64,000 bases of DNA from Bugula neritina (taxonomy: Eukaryota; Animalia; Bryozoa), in contig OZ037770.1 in NCBI GenBank assembly GCA_964035545.1, positions 10,422,973 through 10,486,972 of the forward strand. Direction: 5' to 3'. The position numbers and the translations under genes are program-made. The notes below the pieces were generated by a model, which had not been told where the DNA came from, did not search any database, and was given only the letters and a program-made list of their open reading frames with translations. The first letter of the stretch is position 1; every line of letters starts with the position of its first letter. Shown here piece by piece: positions 24,169 through 38,087 of the stretch.

Positions 24169-26035
24169 GAACGCCATTACAAACTTTAGTGTCCGTATTC
24201 TGCTGAATTGCTGATAAAATTTTAGTTGACTAAATAAAACCAAATTTCAGAGTGATCTGTGACTTGGAGGTTATTAGATCAGGCGCCTCAGCTGCTGTAA
24301 TTTAACAAGATGCAGTGCTAATATGACATTCATTTGCAATTTGCAGCGCTTTTACTTGCCACTCTATCACTATCACTTCAGTATCACTTATGACTTAATG
24401 ACTTATACTATAAGTATAACTATAACTATAAGTTATAGTTATAGTTATATTTCTAGTTATAGTTATACTTATAATATAATTATAAGTTATACTTATACTT
24501 ATAGTTATACTAATATTTATACTTATAGACTATAGTTATTACTTAATACTTTTTAGTTATTACTTATTAATATTAGTTATTACAGTAATATTAGTATTAC
24601 CATTAGTGTTATTAGTGGTAGTGGTACTAGTAGTATTTCAATAGTAGCAGTACTACTAGTGAAGTACTAGATCTTTTACTAGCAATACTACTACTAGTAC
24701 TACTACTACTAGTACTTCACTAGTGAAGTACTAGTAGTAGTACTAGTAGTAGGTATAGTAGTAGTACTAGTAGTAGTTCTTGGCACTATGGCTATTAATT
24801 GAAAATTCATTTTGAATTTGACTTTCAAATTCAACATTGATTATGAATTAGAATACCATGATGAGTATCACCACAACTGTTAGCGTCATTATCATATTCA
24901 TACTCAGGTGACATGGTGACACTGTCTACTAATAGTGATACTAATAGTAACATTATCATGTGACTATCACTTTTTGAAATAGAATGTGATTAATAAAAAT
25001 GCATGTGAGTGACTATCACTATTACTTACAGTATCACCCTGACTATGGTTTTTTTGCTGCGTATTTGTGGATAACCACTACCTTCACCAATAATCGTTAT
25101 AAATATTAGCATTTTTCCACTTCAAAACTATTACTATGAGTATGGCATTGTAGGTATCACCATAACAACTAGGAGTGTTATTACTTATCCATTATCATGT
25201 TTGTTGTAATTAATGAATAAATCATTATAGTTCTAGGTATTGTAAATGATTAAATCACTGTCATTAGTGTTATGTATAATAACCTAAAAGTGTGAGTATC
25301 AATATGAGTATAAGTATGATTATCTTAACACCAAATCATATTATAAACATATAATACTGAGTCTTATACTTATAGTTACTATAAGTATAAGACTCCCAGT
25401 ATCATTATTCAGGTTGATATCTACCTGCATTAGCCTTTCACTGAATCATTAACTTTCAGTTAAGTCAAGTTAGTTAAGATCGAATATGAGTATCAAGATG
25501 AAGACCACTGTAAAGTGTTAGTGATTATTAGTATCACTCTGACTATCCATATTACTAAGAGTAGAAATAACAATATCCTTATTCTATGTTCTAAATATAA
25601 GTTTTGACTTTATTGTGAATATCTGTAACTATATTACATAGTACAATATGTGTACAGGATCCTGTTGGTTAAGCAAATTTGGAAAATATTTTCGGTTCAA
25701 TAGTTGAAATTTTAGGGGTGTCAAGTCAAAGGATTTTATCAAATTATTTGGCATTAATTATCCACTGCTTATACCTATTTTTTACTTTTAATCTGCCTCT
25801 TTTGTTTTGCTTTTTGATATTTGAAAGGCATGCAGTTTCAATTCATGGGGTTTTACTGTAACTCAGTAATTTAGTGCTGGTTCTTGATAGTACACATATT
25901 AGGGTGTATTTTAAATGCTTCTGGAAATTGGTTTTGTTTATTTTATTTCTCTCTTACAGTTCTTTGTTGAAACATGTTTCTAAGAAAAATTGTTTTATGC
26001 AAAGCTTACATTTCCATTTTATAGGGCAGGTCTAA

Positions 26036-29000
26036 ATGGCGGAGGCTGCAGTGGAAAAAGTTGAGTGTGGATTCTGTTTACTTGAAGAAGGTTTAGAGAA
26101 TCCCAAGTGTCTACCATGTGGTCATGTACACTGTTTACTATGTCTTACTCGTAATGTTGATGTGAATGACATGATCAGGTGTCCCTGGTGTAGGTAAGTT
26201 AGTTTTGTATAGGCAGACATAATATTGGTAAAGAGTCAATGATTTACATTATATGTTTTATCTTATACTAAATTATTGCAATCCGTTATATATAGTTTCA
26301 ATTATTACTAAGTAATTATGTGTCTTGTCACAGGGAAGTGTTTGATGTAAGAGTGGAGAGTCTTCCATCTGCTGATGTAGAAGACAACTCCGTATCATGT
26401 GACGTCTGCACTAAGAAAGGGATAGAGAAAGTACCAGCAGTAACCTACTGTAATGTGTGCCGTAAACTCCTCTGCAGAAAACATGATGAGGTATTTAATT
26501 GATTATATAACTATTTACTGTTTAAATCATGCATCATAAACCATATTTGTAATCCTATTCCATTTGTATTTTCTTTTACTTATAGTTATCAATTAATATA
26601 TATTCTGTTATATTCAGTCACATGATGACACCAATGATGACCACCAGAAGATGACAATATCTGACTACAGAATACAAGCCAAGAGACTGGAGAAAAGAGT
26701 TTGTCTGAAACACACAGCATATCCTTACTCACTGGGGTGTAAAGTTTGCATTCAGATATTTTGTTTGAAATGTGCATCTTCAACTAACTTATGTGTTGGA
26801 GGTATGGAATCTTTATGCTATTATTTCATCCTATAGTTATCTTTCACCTTTGGTTTGCTTAATGCAATTTATCAGTTTTCAGTAATTGGAGATAATGCGT
26901 TTTCATTTTACCCAAATTCTTAAAAGTTATATCAAAGTTTATAAAGTTCACGTAGCAATCAAATAGTAAAAACAACCCTGGCTGAGAAAATAGTATGACA
27001 GAGTTGAAAAAATTTGTTTGAATAATGACGATTTGGCGTTAGGATTTCTTCGTATTGTCTTACGTAACATTTTTTGCCAGGGAATTTTATTTGCTGGTTT
27101 CTACACAGACTCAAATGCCTGTCTAAATTTTAAACCAGTAACCTTATCGGCTATATTCTATTTATGCTACTTGAAATACTTGTTTACAGTTAAGCTATAT
27201 TGTATTACACAGATTCTGAGCATAAGCTGGTTAATTTGGATGACCTAATTAAAGACCTGATCAATATTGATGAATTGACTTCTGCAGAAGACAAGATGTC
27301 CGCCCACTTCAAACAATTATCTAAAACTTTATCTGACTTTGATACGGAGACCGGCAAATTGCTGAATATTCTTCATACACAGCGAGATGACCATGTAAGA
27401 TTTTCTAATGGTGCACTTATTTCAGTATAATTATTGTATTTTGCATTAGAACTTTATGCTTAAACATTCTTGTAATTTCTTATCTTTAGATTTGATATGC
27501 TTTGATTACTAAGCCATAAATCTCGATATTTGATAGTTTAGATAGAAGTGGAAAGCAATAATAATATGTACTAAGCTAGTTGATATCATATTATCAAATA
27601 CTTGTTTTAGTTGACTGAAGTGAGACTAAAGTATGAGAAACTGGAGAAGGAATTCTTAGCTAGTAGAAAGAAAACTAAAGAGGAACTGAACAGATACATG
27701 GAGAGAGAAGTTGGAACTGTTTTGTCTCAACTGAGTAACAGTAGAATGAAGATAGAAGCTCAACTTAGACAAAACCATCAGGTTAGTGTAGAATTCAATA
27801 CTTTCTTCTAAACTGAGTTCTCCATTTGACTTGTTTCCTGCCTTGTAATAATTTCTACATATGATTTTACACTTTGTGGTGTGTGAGCTATGCTGTTAGG
27901 TAGGTCTGTTTGTTTTTCTCAGTTACTTGGAAACACAAATAAAATTATGTATGATTTATAATAGTATATGTTATATAATGATGTGCATTATATAAAAATG
28001 TGTGTTATATACTGCATGTTATACTTATTAGCAATGATTAGTGCCAGTAATATATTAAAATATTATAAGCAGCAGTAGGGAGAGACTAGAGTAGAGAGAT
28101 GTGAAGTATATATTGGTTATTGTGTATCTGTCTAGCAACTGTTCATATGTGGTCACATGTTACAGGTGGATCTGGTTGAAGGATTTGCAGAGATTAAAGA
28201 CAGAATACAGAGACTGATATCTGTTGAGATACCTGAACTAGAGCTGTGTGATGTCATGTCTCTAAAGGTCAAAGGTTAGTATACTAAACTAGACTGTGTC
28301 ATATCTCTAAAGGTCAAAGGTTATAATTCTACAGCTTCAACTTCAAACTTCTTTGAAAAGCTGCACTTTGTGACAAGATTTTAATTCCTAATCTGTTGTA
28401 TTGGTATTTCAATGTAGGTACCAGATAGATATAAACCTCATATACATAGACCAGAATATAGTCACCTTAGCTATTATAGTAAATTATGGAAATAGCTAGG
28501 AGGAAGCATTACATTAAATATGTATATAATAAGAAGAATAGTTCCTACAGTCTCCCTTACTAAATTTCACTCAACTTGTACTTTGTAGAAGAGAGGAGAG
28601 AAATAGAGACAGAACTGGTTCCTGCAGCAGACATGATTATTAGTTTAGATCAAGGAGTGACAACTCCTACTCCTCCTAAATCTCTCAAATTCTCACAGTC
28701 TGTTGATATTTCTGATTACTGTAGGTCTGTCTGTAAATATGAAGGTAAAACTTATGTCGGGCTGGATTGTGGTGCAGGGATAGACAGAATAGATGAGAGT
28801 TTCAGTGTTTCCAAGTCTTTTGTTTCTATTACTAAGAATGTGAATGGGATAGCAGCTTACACCAACCAGTTGTATGCTTTAGTGTATGTCAGTGATGACA
28901 ATCCTCGTTGGGTGGTACATGTGTATGATCTTACTGGGAAACAGGTGACCAGCTGGTCTCACCATGATAATAGTAGTGGTATAAACAAACTTGCTATTGT

Positions 29001-29908
29001 TGATGATCAGGTTGTAGTTCCTGATAGACACAGTAAAAAACTTACAATATACTCTCTTACTGGGGAGGTAATTAAACATGTCCCTTGCCCTCTACTCAGT
29101 GATAGTCATATAGCTATATGTGCAGCAGGCAGACATTGTGTAGTAGTTTCTGACTATGATTCCTCTCAAGTATTTAAACTAGACTTGACAACAGAGAAAG
29201 TCATCTGGACATTCAAGGATGTATCTGAACCACAAGGTGTGACCTGCTATAGAAGTAAATATATTCTTGTGACTAACTACAGCAGTAAAACTACCATCTG
29301 GATACTGGATGTGGAGACAGGTTAGTATTGTAATGTATGTGTACAAAATACATTTTTTATTATTATAAACGTATCTCCATATATCTCAGCATATTACTGT
29401 ATGATTATATTGTATACATATATTACCATCAGTGGGTGGATTCGCAGCTCTAATGTATATAATTCTGTATGAAATATACAAGGGTTACACTTAGGCCTTA
29501 GATACATGTGTTTTCTAGTAGGTTGCACATTATTTACTACTGTACAATGCAGGCTATCAACTCATGAGCATATTATCATAAACTTGTTCTTCATATGCTG
29601 AAGTTTTAAAAATTCATTTTCTCTTGTTTCAGTATTTTATGGGAATAATTTAATATAATGTTGTTAGTACTTGACTGAAATGTATTAAGACAATATGTAG
29701 TCACGAGTATGTTTTACTTCAATTCCTGGATATATTATATTATGTTTAGGCTATTCTTTATATTGAACTTGTAGGTAGGCTGTTATCTGTGCTGGAAGAT
29801 ACAACTGTTAGGAGTGATAGTCATGTACTTGATCTCCATGTGTGTAAAGACATGCTGATTGTACCCAGATGTAATGAGAATAAAGTTCTATTCTACCAAC
29901 TCAACTGA
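26036..29908 (+). CDS. TRIM-family gene copy 3 (type A): RING, B-box x2, coiled coil, NHL-like propeller, about 608 aa
   Basis: Exons 26036-26193, 26334-26490, 26618-26801, 27213-27394, 27611-27781, 28166-28274, 28589-29320, 29775-29908. All GT-AG, 1827 nt, open. Confidence 0.9.
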
Positions 29909-30180
29909 ACAGGTATTATGTATTTAGTAATAAGAGTTTCATCCCATTACCTGATGGAGGGTAAGTTTTGCATTTAAATGTTAACAGAGGCTAAAACTAC
30001 TTTCAATCAATGGAATGTGTCTATATACTGTGACATCACACAGCAGAAATAGTTTCAATTTTTCTCTGCTTGTATTTCTATTTAGCCAAAAAAATTTGTT
30101 AAACTTTTGAGTCGTGCCTTTTTATTCTACATTCTGTTGATATTGTTAAATTGTTTTGTTAGCTATTTACATAGTGCTGA

Positions 30181-30417
30181 TGGTGTCCAGTAATAATAGT
30201 GCAGGCAAAACTGGCACAGGTGGCAAAGTAGGTAAAATTGGCAAATTTTCAATATTAGGGTTTTGGGTTGAGGATTTGGAATATATGGGGTTTAGGGATG
30301 AGGTTTAAGGTTGTGGGGTTTTGGAAAAGGTAACACAAGTTTGTCATTTTTACCTTCTTTCCATTTGTGCCATTACTACTTGTGCCATTATTACCTGTTC
30401 CATCATTACCTAAAGTC
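30181..30417. mobile_element. Palindromic insertion with TTAGGG-like core and 8-bp flanking duplication
   Basis: AGTGCTGA on both sides; imperfect arms; empty site in copy 2 (about 19650). Shared with 46934-47169. Confidence 0.6.
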
Positions 30418-31340
30418 AGTGCTGACTAACATACTAAATCTATGACAACTTTCTTGTATGTTTGTCTCCTATATTACTAGCTGTGATATGTCATAAGCTA
30501 CTAATAGTCGTGACACAATATTATATGGGTTAGAATATTATTTATTCATCTTAAGTTGTTTTCTCAATAATCAGTATATTTTTTACAGGAAAATAGACTG
30601 ATGTGGAACAGGAAGTAGTTTCTGCAGCAGACACATCTAGTTATTTGGTTTAGAAAGTGATAAGTGAAAAGGCAGCTGATTGGTCCATTCATCTGACCTA
30701 GTAACACTCTATGGTTACATTACCATGTCATTCATATGATACTTATTGTAACATTATTCTATATTATCATACAGGACTGAGAACTAAGTAGTAGCAGTTA
30801 TTGTATATTATCTTTCTTATAGGAGTGAAAACTTTGTAGTAGGTACTTGCTTTCTATTATTATTATTATCATGAGTCATATTGTATTAATATTAACCACA
30901 TACTAGTTACATTACATAATTTATGCTCTTCAAAACATATTTGGCTTAGAGCTTCTGTGCTTCTGAAACATATTTTTGTAAAAGATGTGCTGAAGTGAAG
31001 GTTCATTCATACTGCAAACTAAAGTAGAAGCTTTTATAGTGTAGAGTATTAGAGATGTTATATTCTTAGTTCTGACTTGTTAGAAGTCAGTCTCTGTATC
31101 ACCTCACTGCGCTGTCTTTATTTTACTCATTGGTGCACCTTGCATATGTCAACTGAATATTAAATATATTCAACAGTTCAACAGAGCTAGTATGCCAAAT
31201 AAATCCTTTACACTGTATCACAGTTATGATGTAGTATTTTATATCTACAGGGCAACAAGGCATATATTGATGATAGTGTTTATTAATTACTCTCTAAGTG
31301 GTAACAGTAGAACCATAAATTAAATCTACAGAGCAACAAG

Positions 31341-31500
31341 TGTGTTGGTTGAAGTAGAAACTCACAGCAAGTGTGAAAAAACAGAAAGACAATTAAAGGA
31401 TAGAAGGGAGTTTTTTCATAAAACACACCCAGATGTAGGAAAATATGATAGCCTCAGTACCAGTACAACCACTTGTCAAGGAGAGGGTAACTCTTACCCT
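31341..31500 (-). pseudogene. Residual XPO4-like fragment (only the degenerate upstream exon remains)
   Basis: Homologous to 22285-22445; a deletion junction at about 31320-31340 removes the last two exons. A shorter remnant is at about 773-825. Confidence 0.5.
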
Positions 31501-32373
31501 GATGTATATATGTGGCCATTTTGTTGAGGAACTCAACTCTATCTTTATCACCTCAGCACTTACAATGTTATTAAGATTTACAGTAAAGTATATTTCATAA
31601 TATTGCTATGTATCTGTTAATGAATGTTTCACCAGCTAGGTACTTTATGTTCTAGTACAATGTTTCTCTATAATATATCACTTTATATTACTCATTGTAA
31701 TTCATATGCTAATGAAGTGAATATAAATAAAGTATAATTAATAAACTCTTACAATTCAGAGCATGTATATCAAATGACAATAGATCTTCTGTAGACCTGG
31801 GGGAGTAGACTGTTGCATCAGAACTGAATAATTAAATATATATATAAGTATTTTCTCATCATGCTGCAGTATAGACATTCTTCAGCTCTGATATTTCCTA
31901 ACTATAGAGTTATATTTATAGTTGATAGTCAACTGCACATATTTTTAGATTTACATACCAGATTTGTGTACTAGTATATGACTTTAACCCTATAAACATA
32001 ACAAACTGTTTCAAACTCTTTAATGTAGCGAGGAAAAATAAAATATTATAATGCAATAATATTTAATGCCATGGTGAGGTATATAACATGTCATGAGACA
32101 AACCAGCTTTAAAATTAATCCCTATTTGTTGTGTTTGTCATGTATTATCATACAATGGTATTGCACAGAAGTTGTTTGCTCTTTGCTGCTATGTCAAGTT
32201 AATGATTAATGCAAGCTAGTCATTTGTTCCTGTCAATTATTGCAATTTTTAGGACTAATTACAGTTGCTAGAAATTTATAAGCATATTTAGAAAAGTGCA
32301 ATATTTATTTTATTTTAAAATAATATAATAAATTGGTATAATAATTGTCTAATGATGTGTCAAAACGCTATGT

Positions 32374-32482
32374 AGGCTTGTAGGCTTGTAGGCTTGCAGG
32401 CTTGCAGGCTTGCAGGCTTGCAGGCTTGCAGGCTTGCAGGCTTGCAGGCTTGCAGGCTTGCAGGCTTGCAGGCTTGCAGGCT
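32374..32482. repeat. Octamer minisatellite (AGGCTTGC)n, about 13 units
   Basis: Same position relative to the promoter as 10013-10156. Confidence 0.95.
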
Positions 32483-32650
32483 ACAGCCTTTTGCATATAA
32501 TAATATTATTATGGTAAGGAGCATGCATGTCCATAAGCGGAAGATGTAGAAGTAAGACAACCCCGTGCTTCTGTCGGAGAATTACAAAAGGTTAAAATGG
32601 GAGTCGCGCGCTTTCCTTCATACAATAATATCCGGTTGCTATCTTCCGTT

Positions 32651-32662
32651 GGGGATTTCCCC
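32651..32662 (+). promoter_or_regulatory. NF-kB/Rel-type site, copy 4
   Basis: GGGGATTTCCCC in the homologous block. Confidence 0.6.
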
Positions 32663-35600
32663 GAACGCCATTACTAACTTGTGCCATTAGTGTCAGTATT
32701 CTGCTGAATTGCTGATAAAATTTTAGTTGACTCAATAAAACCAAACTTCAGAGTGATCAGTGGCTCAAAGGTGATTGGATCAAACGCTTTAGCTACTGTA
32801 ATTTAACAAGATGCAGTGCTTAATTGTCATTCACTGGCAATTTGCAGCGCTTCCACTGGCCGCTTTATCACTTTTACTTAATCTTATACTTATAGTTATA
32901 GTTATACTTATAGCTATACTCATAGTTACAGTTATTAATATTACTTATTAGTTATTACAGTAGTAGTAGTATTACCATTAGTATTATTAGTGGTAGTAGT
33001 ACTAGTAGTACTTCAATAGTAGTACCACTTTTGTTGTGGTGGGTTTTACTAATTTTGAGTATCGTAAACTCACCGAGTAATATATGTAATGCGGCCTTGG
33101 GGTGAGCTCGGGTCGGTGTGCAGTTACGGGTTGATAGCTTGGCTGCGAGGTAACTCCAGTTCCTGTCCGTCTGGTAGGGGTGAAGTTGAGACTCCGGGTT
33201 AGAGTAGTTGGCTGGTGGTGCTCCTCGGTCTATGGTCCTGAGCTAGCACTCACAGACGTACTCTAACACATTCTAATTAGGTTGCATACGTTCTATATAA
33301 CTATTCTCAATTATTCCTCAATCAGTCTCAAGTCTCCCCATTCTCCCATTTTCACTAGGTTATATAGCTATAACACTCACACAAGCCACACCCACGCTAT
33401 AAGTAATATTAATGTCAAACTTAGAGTTGTGCACCCCACACACACATGCAATAGCAAGAGATGACAACTACACATATTTATAATACTTGTAAATCCAGAT
33501 ATAACATTCTCCGTCACAATAAAAATTTACAGTTCCACCTGTAAATACTTAACTAGGGGCATTGCGATTTAGGGATAAATATTGCAGTAACAAGTTCAAA
33601 CTATTAGATATGTAATTACTTTAGGACTACTGGACATATTAGAACTTGCAATATATTAGACATTGGGTATATAATTGATATTAATAGACGTATTGGAAAT
33701 TACTACATACATAGTAACTTTTATATATAGCTGTGAGTGTCTACTAGCCTCACAACTGCTTAATAGGGCTGTGAGATTTACTACTACTATTGACCAAGTT
33801 ATAGAATAGGTAACATACAAGAGAACAGCACAGCAAGAATAAGTTCAACTTCTGTCTATTGAAAGTTGCAAATTTCCTTTTGTTACCTTTTATAAAATAG
33901 AGCCTATCAGATAAAATACTATAGATGCATGTATGCTATATATGTATGTATATAATATATATATTTTTTTTTTTGTTGTAGCGATTGCATCAATTACTAT
34001 TCTTTAAATTAAATGAGTTAGCATGACTTAAGTCTGCATTTCATAGTTAACTAAGCATTATAAATTAAATCTTAAAATTAAAAATTATGCAGGGTATAAT
34101 TAAACTACGTAATTGGTAATGATATATAGCCAATTGTACGTGGTTTGTGGCTGTGTAGCCCTGTCTTCAAAGAAAGTATCAATTACTATGTTTCTAGATT
34201 AATGAGATATTATGAGACATATGCAATTTAATCATAAGCTTACTTCCACATTAAATATAATAACCTTTTAACCTGACAGAAGTTGCTAGACCAATTATTT
34301 TGATTAATGACTTATCTAATTCTAAGTAGCCCCTCTTATTAGTATAAAATCGGCAAGGATTAGCATAATTAGTATAATCTATTCTATATACCATCTTTGT
34401 AACTATAGTGGAAAAATTGTAGTCTGCAATGCTATACACACAGTAATAGCAATGGCCTTGTATTATATTCTGTTTATGTAGCACTAAACTCATATCAGCG
34501 TTTACTCTAATTTAATTGTATGTGGGACTTGAACTAAGGACTTATAATTAATTACTCCTGACTTTTAATATTGGCTGTGGTGACTTACATTTATAAGCTT
34601 GTATTCAATGCTAATTGCAACTATATACATATCAAGCACATTATATGGCGTGGGAAAAGGCTATAACGGAGATTGGAGTATGGTGGTACCAGTCTATACC
34701 AATGTAATATGTGATTAAGGATTAGAGGTCTACGTAGATAAGTGTATTTACTGGGGCTAGTATATTTCTTTATAAGGATAAGGCTAACATAATTAATATA
34801 ATATGATGGCTGCATGAGCCTGCTGCAAACTAAGATGTATATAAATATGGGGAGAATGACAATTGATAAAGGCAATAGGCCCGAGTATCTTTATCACAAT
34901 AATAGAAATGTCTACAAAGTAAAATCCAGGACCCAAAAGAGAATGGAAACACCTTCATCGTACAGAGTTGTGTAATATAATATCTCAAGCAATAATTTCA
35001 AGCTGTCTTGCTGGGTAAGGCTTACAGCTCATTAAAGTTTATGTTTGGTCTACTATTTCCTAAACTGTCTAGTTTGATTCACTTAGGACCAGCTATTAGG
35101 TTAATTAACAAAACTAATTCCCCTTAGATTATCACTAATTGCTTCCAATCTTCAGAACTCAACTATGTCAACATTTTCCTAGAGAATGAAAATTAACCTT
35201 TGATTACTACTCCAGCAGCAAGATGATATCAATTCAACGAACACTATAAACCTGTAGATTCACAAGACCTTGTTGTCATACATACTGAACTTTTCCAGTT
35301 CATTGATCATACACAGCAGTTAGAGAATAATAATGGTATGGTGCAGTAGTCACAGACAATGACTAACTACCAGCTTGAGTTTGTCAAGGTATATAGGCCC
35401 GCATGATTGGTAATGAGCTTAATAGATTATTACTTCAAGAGAAAATCTTATAAGGCGATAAGATGTATTATATATTAATTCGATTAGTAATTTGACTAAA
35501 TAGTATTGCACTTAGGTATAGAGGAGTTTAATTAGAGCTAACTGGGGCCATAATCGGGACAATACATGGGAGTGACTGAGGCTGCACGGGTAGCAGCTGA

Positions 35601-36512
35601 CATGCCCCATGCGCTGCAGTCACATGTAGCAATGCCAGCCCCCACAGTGCCGTCTCCACATATATCCTACTAACAATAATGCGTATATTCTATTTTTCTC
35701 TTGAAGAAGTAATTGCAAACAACATTAATCCCTGGTAACTCTTATATGAATTTGGTACACATAACTACAGTATAATATTTTTATAGCTAGTTTTTTTTTT
35801 TTTTATGTTTTCAAATAAGTAAGCTTATACTGGATTACTGTAGTGTCATACTAAATGAAGTCGTATACTGTAATACATGAGGCGCCAGCACAAGTTGTGC
35901 TTAAATGTGCGTTGTGGCCAGGCAGCAGCGCTTCATTAATAGAAAATTCACAACATGAGATTATATACATATATTCATCACCAACATATAGGAAGTGGTT
36001 AGTATTAATAGCTAGCATGCAGGATAGCAAAATGCACCAGAGTAATGTGCACTCAGTCTATTTCATACGTCTATGAAATTTAGTCTAGTCAATGTCAGAG
36101 TATAGAGCTCTATGGACGTCCAGTAGTAATTTTTGTTTTATGTAAGGCCTGTAAATTTGTTGTATTTCCGTACGGATTTATGCATGTTGTCGGTATACCA
36201 TTATGAAATTTTATATATTCGATCTGTGTCGGCGTCCCATTTTTCTGTAGTGATTCTACGTACGTGTTGCCCTACTGACGTGTCGTCATGGCGATATAAA
36301 TTATACAATTGTTTTTGGATTTGTTGTTCGGGACAGTTTGTGTTTGAAAGCGCTTTATATAAATATCGTATGTAGCCTATTTGTTGAAGTAGCCTATATA
36401 TTATGACAGTATACTGTGTAGCCCTAATTTTTCGATTGAAGTTTAACGTCATTCTGGACGAGCCCTGTAATTCCATAAAATTGTTAGTATATGTGCACAT
36501 ACATTGAATGAT

Positions 36513-36695
36513 GGCCTGCAAGCGTCCAACAGCTCGATAGGCTGGGACTATGGAGTAAATAGTATATCGAGTTGGGCATTAGTGGCCTGCACATGTCCAA
36601 CAGCCGGATGGGCTGGGACTACGGAGGAAATAGTATATCAAGTTGGGCATTAATGGCTTGTACATGTCCAACAGCCGGATGGGCTGGGACTATGA
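36513..36695. repeat. 71-bp tandem repeat (about 2.6 units) inside the LTR element
   Basis: Units start at 36513, 36584 and 36655. Confidence 0.85.
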
Positions 36696-36779
36696 GAAAC
36701 TAATATGGAGATTTATAGAAACTCTTAGGCTGGCTACATAATGGGCTAGTAATTTAATTATATAAATACCTATCTAGAT

Positions 36780-38087
36780 CTAGGTACTGAGGGCTTGTAT
36801 TTGGGCTAGGATATTGTTATTGTTCAGACTGCCAGGGGGGAGAGGGTCAAGTCTGACAATAGCTTTTGAGAAGTATCTCAAAAGCTTGTTGGCCAACCTA
36901 TAAATGTATTTGGTGTGTGGGCCGAATTTTGGCTTACTCAACTTAGGAAAAATTATTTTGTAATTTCCAAGTAATAGAATACCGTTATGCCCTTGGGTTT
37001 GACATTTAACCCTGCCACTTGAGTAGATGTCTTTACCCAGTTTAAAGATAAAAGTGACGCCAAAATAAATGCTTGTGATGGTGTACACCAGGTGTTGTAG
37101 AGTAGAGAAAAGCATGTATACAAGAAGATATATGGCTGCTGTCACAGGGTGATTGCACACATTAAATACCTTATCAGAGGCTTTTGAGCTTGAGTGAAGG
37201 TTGGTTGTGGCAGTCATCACATCCTGATGAAGGCTTGCAGCTATCTTCTCTTCTGGTGAGACTTTGATAGTAGGTCGGACTTGCTCTCCAGTAGCTGAAC
37301 ATGGCGGTGCCGATGAACAGCTGGGGTTGATACCTTCTGCCTCAGTGGCACCGTCTGAGGTTGCAGGTATCTCCGTTGCTGGGTCGCAGTGCTGGGTGCT
37401 TCCGGCAGGTTGTGGGATGGAGAATCTGGACTCAGGGGTCTGGATGTTAGATTCTTCATCTGCCGATCTGCACTCTGAACCTACTTTAGTAATAATACTG
37501 GCGCAGATATGGCATTTGGTAGGTTTCCTACTCGGACTGTCCACACTATGCTTATAGCAAAGTGTGAACAACTCTTCTATGGTTGGTGGATTTTTAAACC
37601 TACCTGCCAGTTGTGGCAGCAAAATGTAACTTAGCTCACGGTTACCTACGCCAGTAGCAAAAGTCTCACCTATAATTGTAAGTTTTGAGCCACTATCTAG
37701 CATATATAGATTATTGCCCTCATCGATAACTCTACATAAAAAGTCTTCTGTAGACTCATGGGCCCTAATATGGAGGTCTAGGAACTTTTTCATCTTTGTA
37801 GAGTGGTTTTTATTAAACTTTTTGTCAAGAACATTAATCAGGGTGTCAAATGAGATTTGGAAATTTGTAGACCTTACAATGTTCTGATAACTTTGTTTTG
37901 CATTACCATAGAGACAAAGGCCTAGGAATTTAACACTTTGCTCATCTGTGAGGTTGAGAACTTTTGCTCGATAGCTAAAATCAGCTTTGGTTCGATACCA
38001 ATTGTCAGAAATATCACCAAATTGATGAACAAAAGCCCAACTTTTGGGGCATCTAAATAAGTGGCACCAGTCACTACATGTGGCCAT
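36780..38087 (-). CDS. gag: Gag-like capsid protein with long C-terminal extension (435 aa)
   Basis: First ORF after the PBS; capsid-like motifs (LTDEQSVKFLGLCLYGNAKQSY, FDTLINVLDKKF, HESTEDFLCRV, ETFATGV), then a low-complexity linker and a hydrophobic segment. Confidence 0.7.
   Translation of the reverse strand: MATCSDWCHLFRCPKSWAFVHQFGDISDNWYRTKADFSYRAKVLNLTDEQSVKFLGLCLYGNAKQSYQNIVRSTNFQISFDTLINVLDKKFNKNHSTKMKKFLDLHIRAHESTEDFLCRVIDEGNNLYMLDSGSKLTIIGETFATGVGNRELSYILLPQLAGRFKNPPTIEELFTLCYKHSVDSPSRKPTKCHICASIITKVGSECRSADEESNIQTPESRFSIPQPAGSTQHCDPATEIPATSDGATEAEGINPSCSSAPPCSATGEQVRPTIKVSPEEKIAASLHQDVMTATTNLHSSSKASDKVFNVCNHPVTAAIYLLVYMLFSTLQHLVYTITSIYFGVTFIFKLGKDIYSSGRVKCQTQGHNGILLLGNYKIIFPKLSKPKFGPHTKYIYRLANKLLRYFSKAIVRLDPLPPGSLNNNNILAQIQALST

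Noticed and set aside
33282-33464. Duplicated 60-aa ORF (also 38653-38835)
   Set aside because: Lies within the two LTRs.
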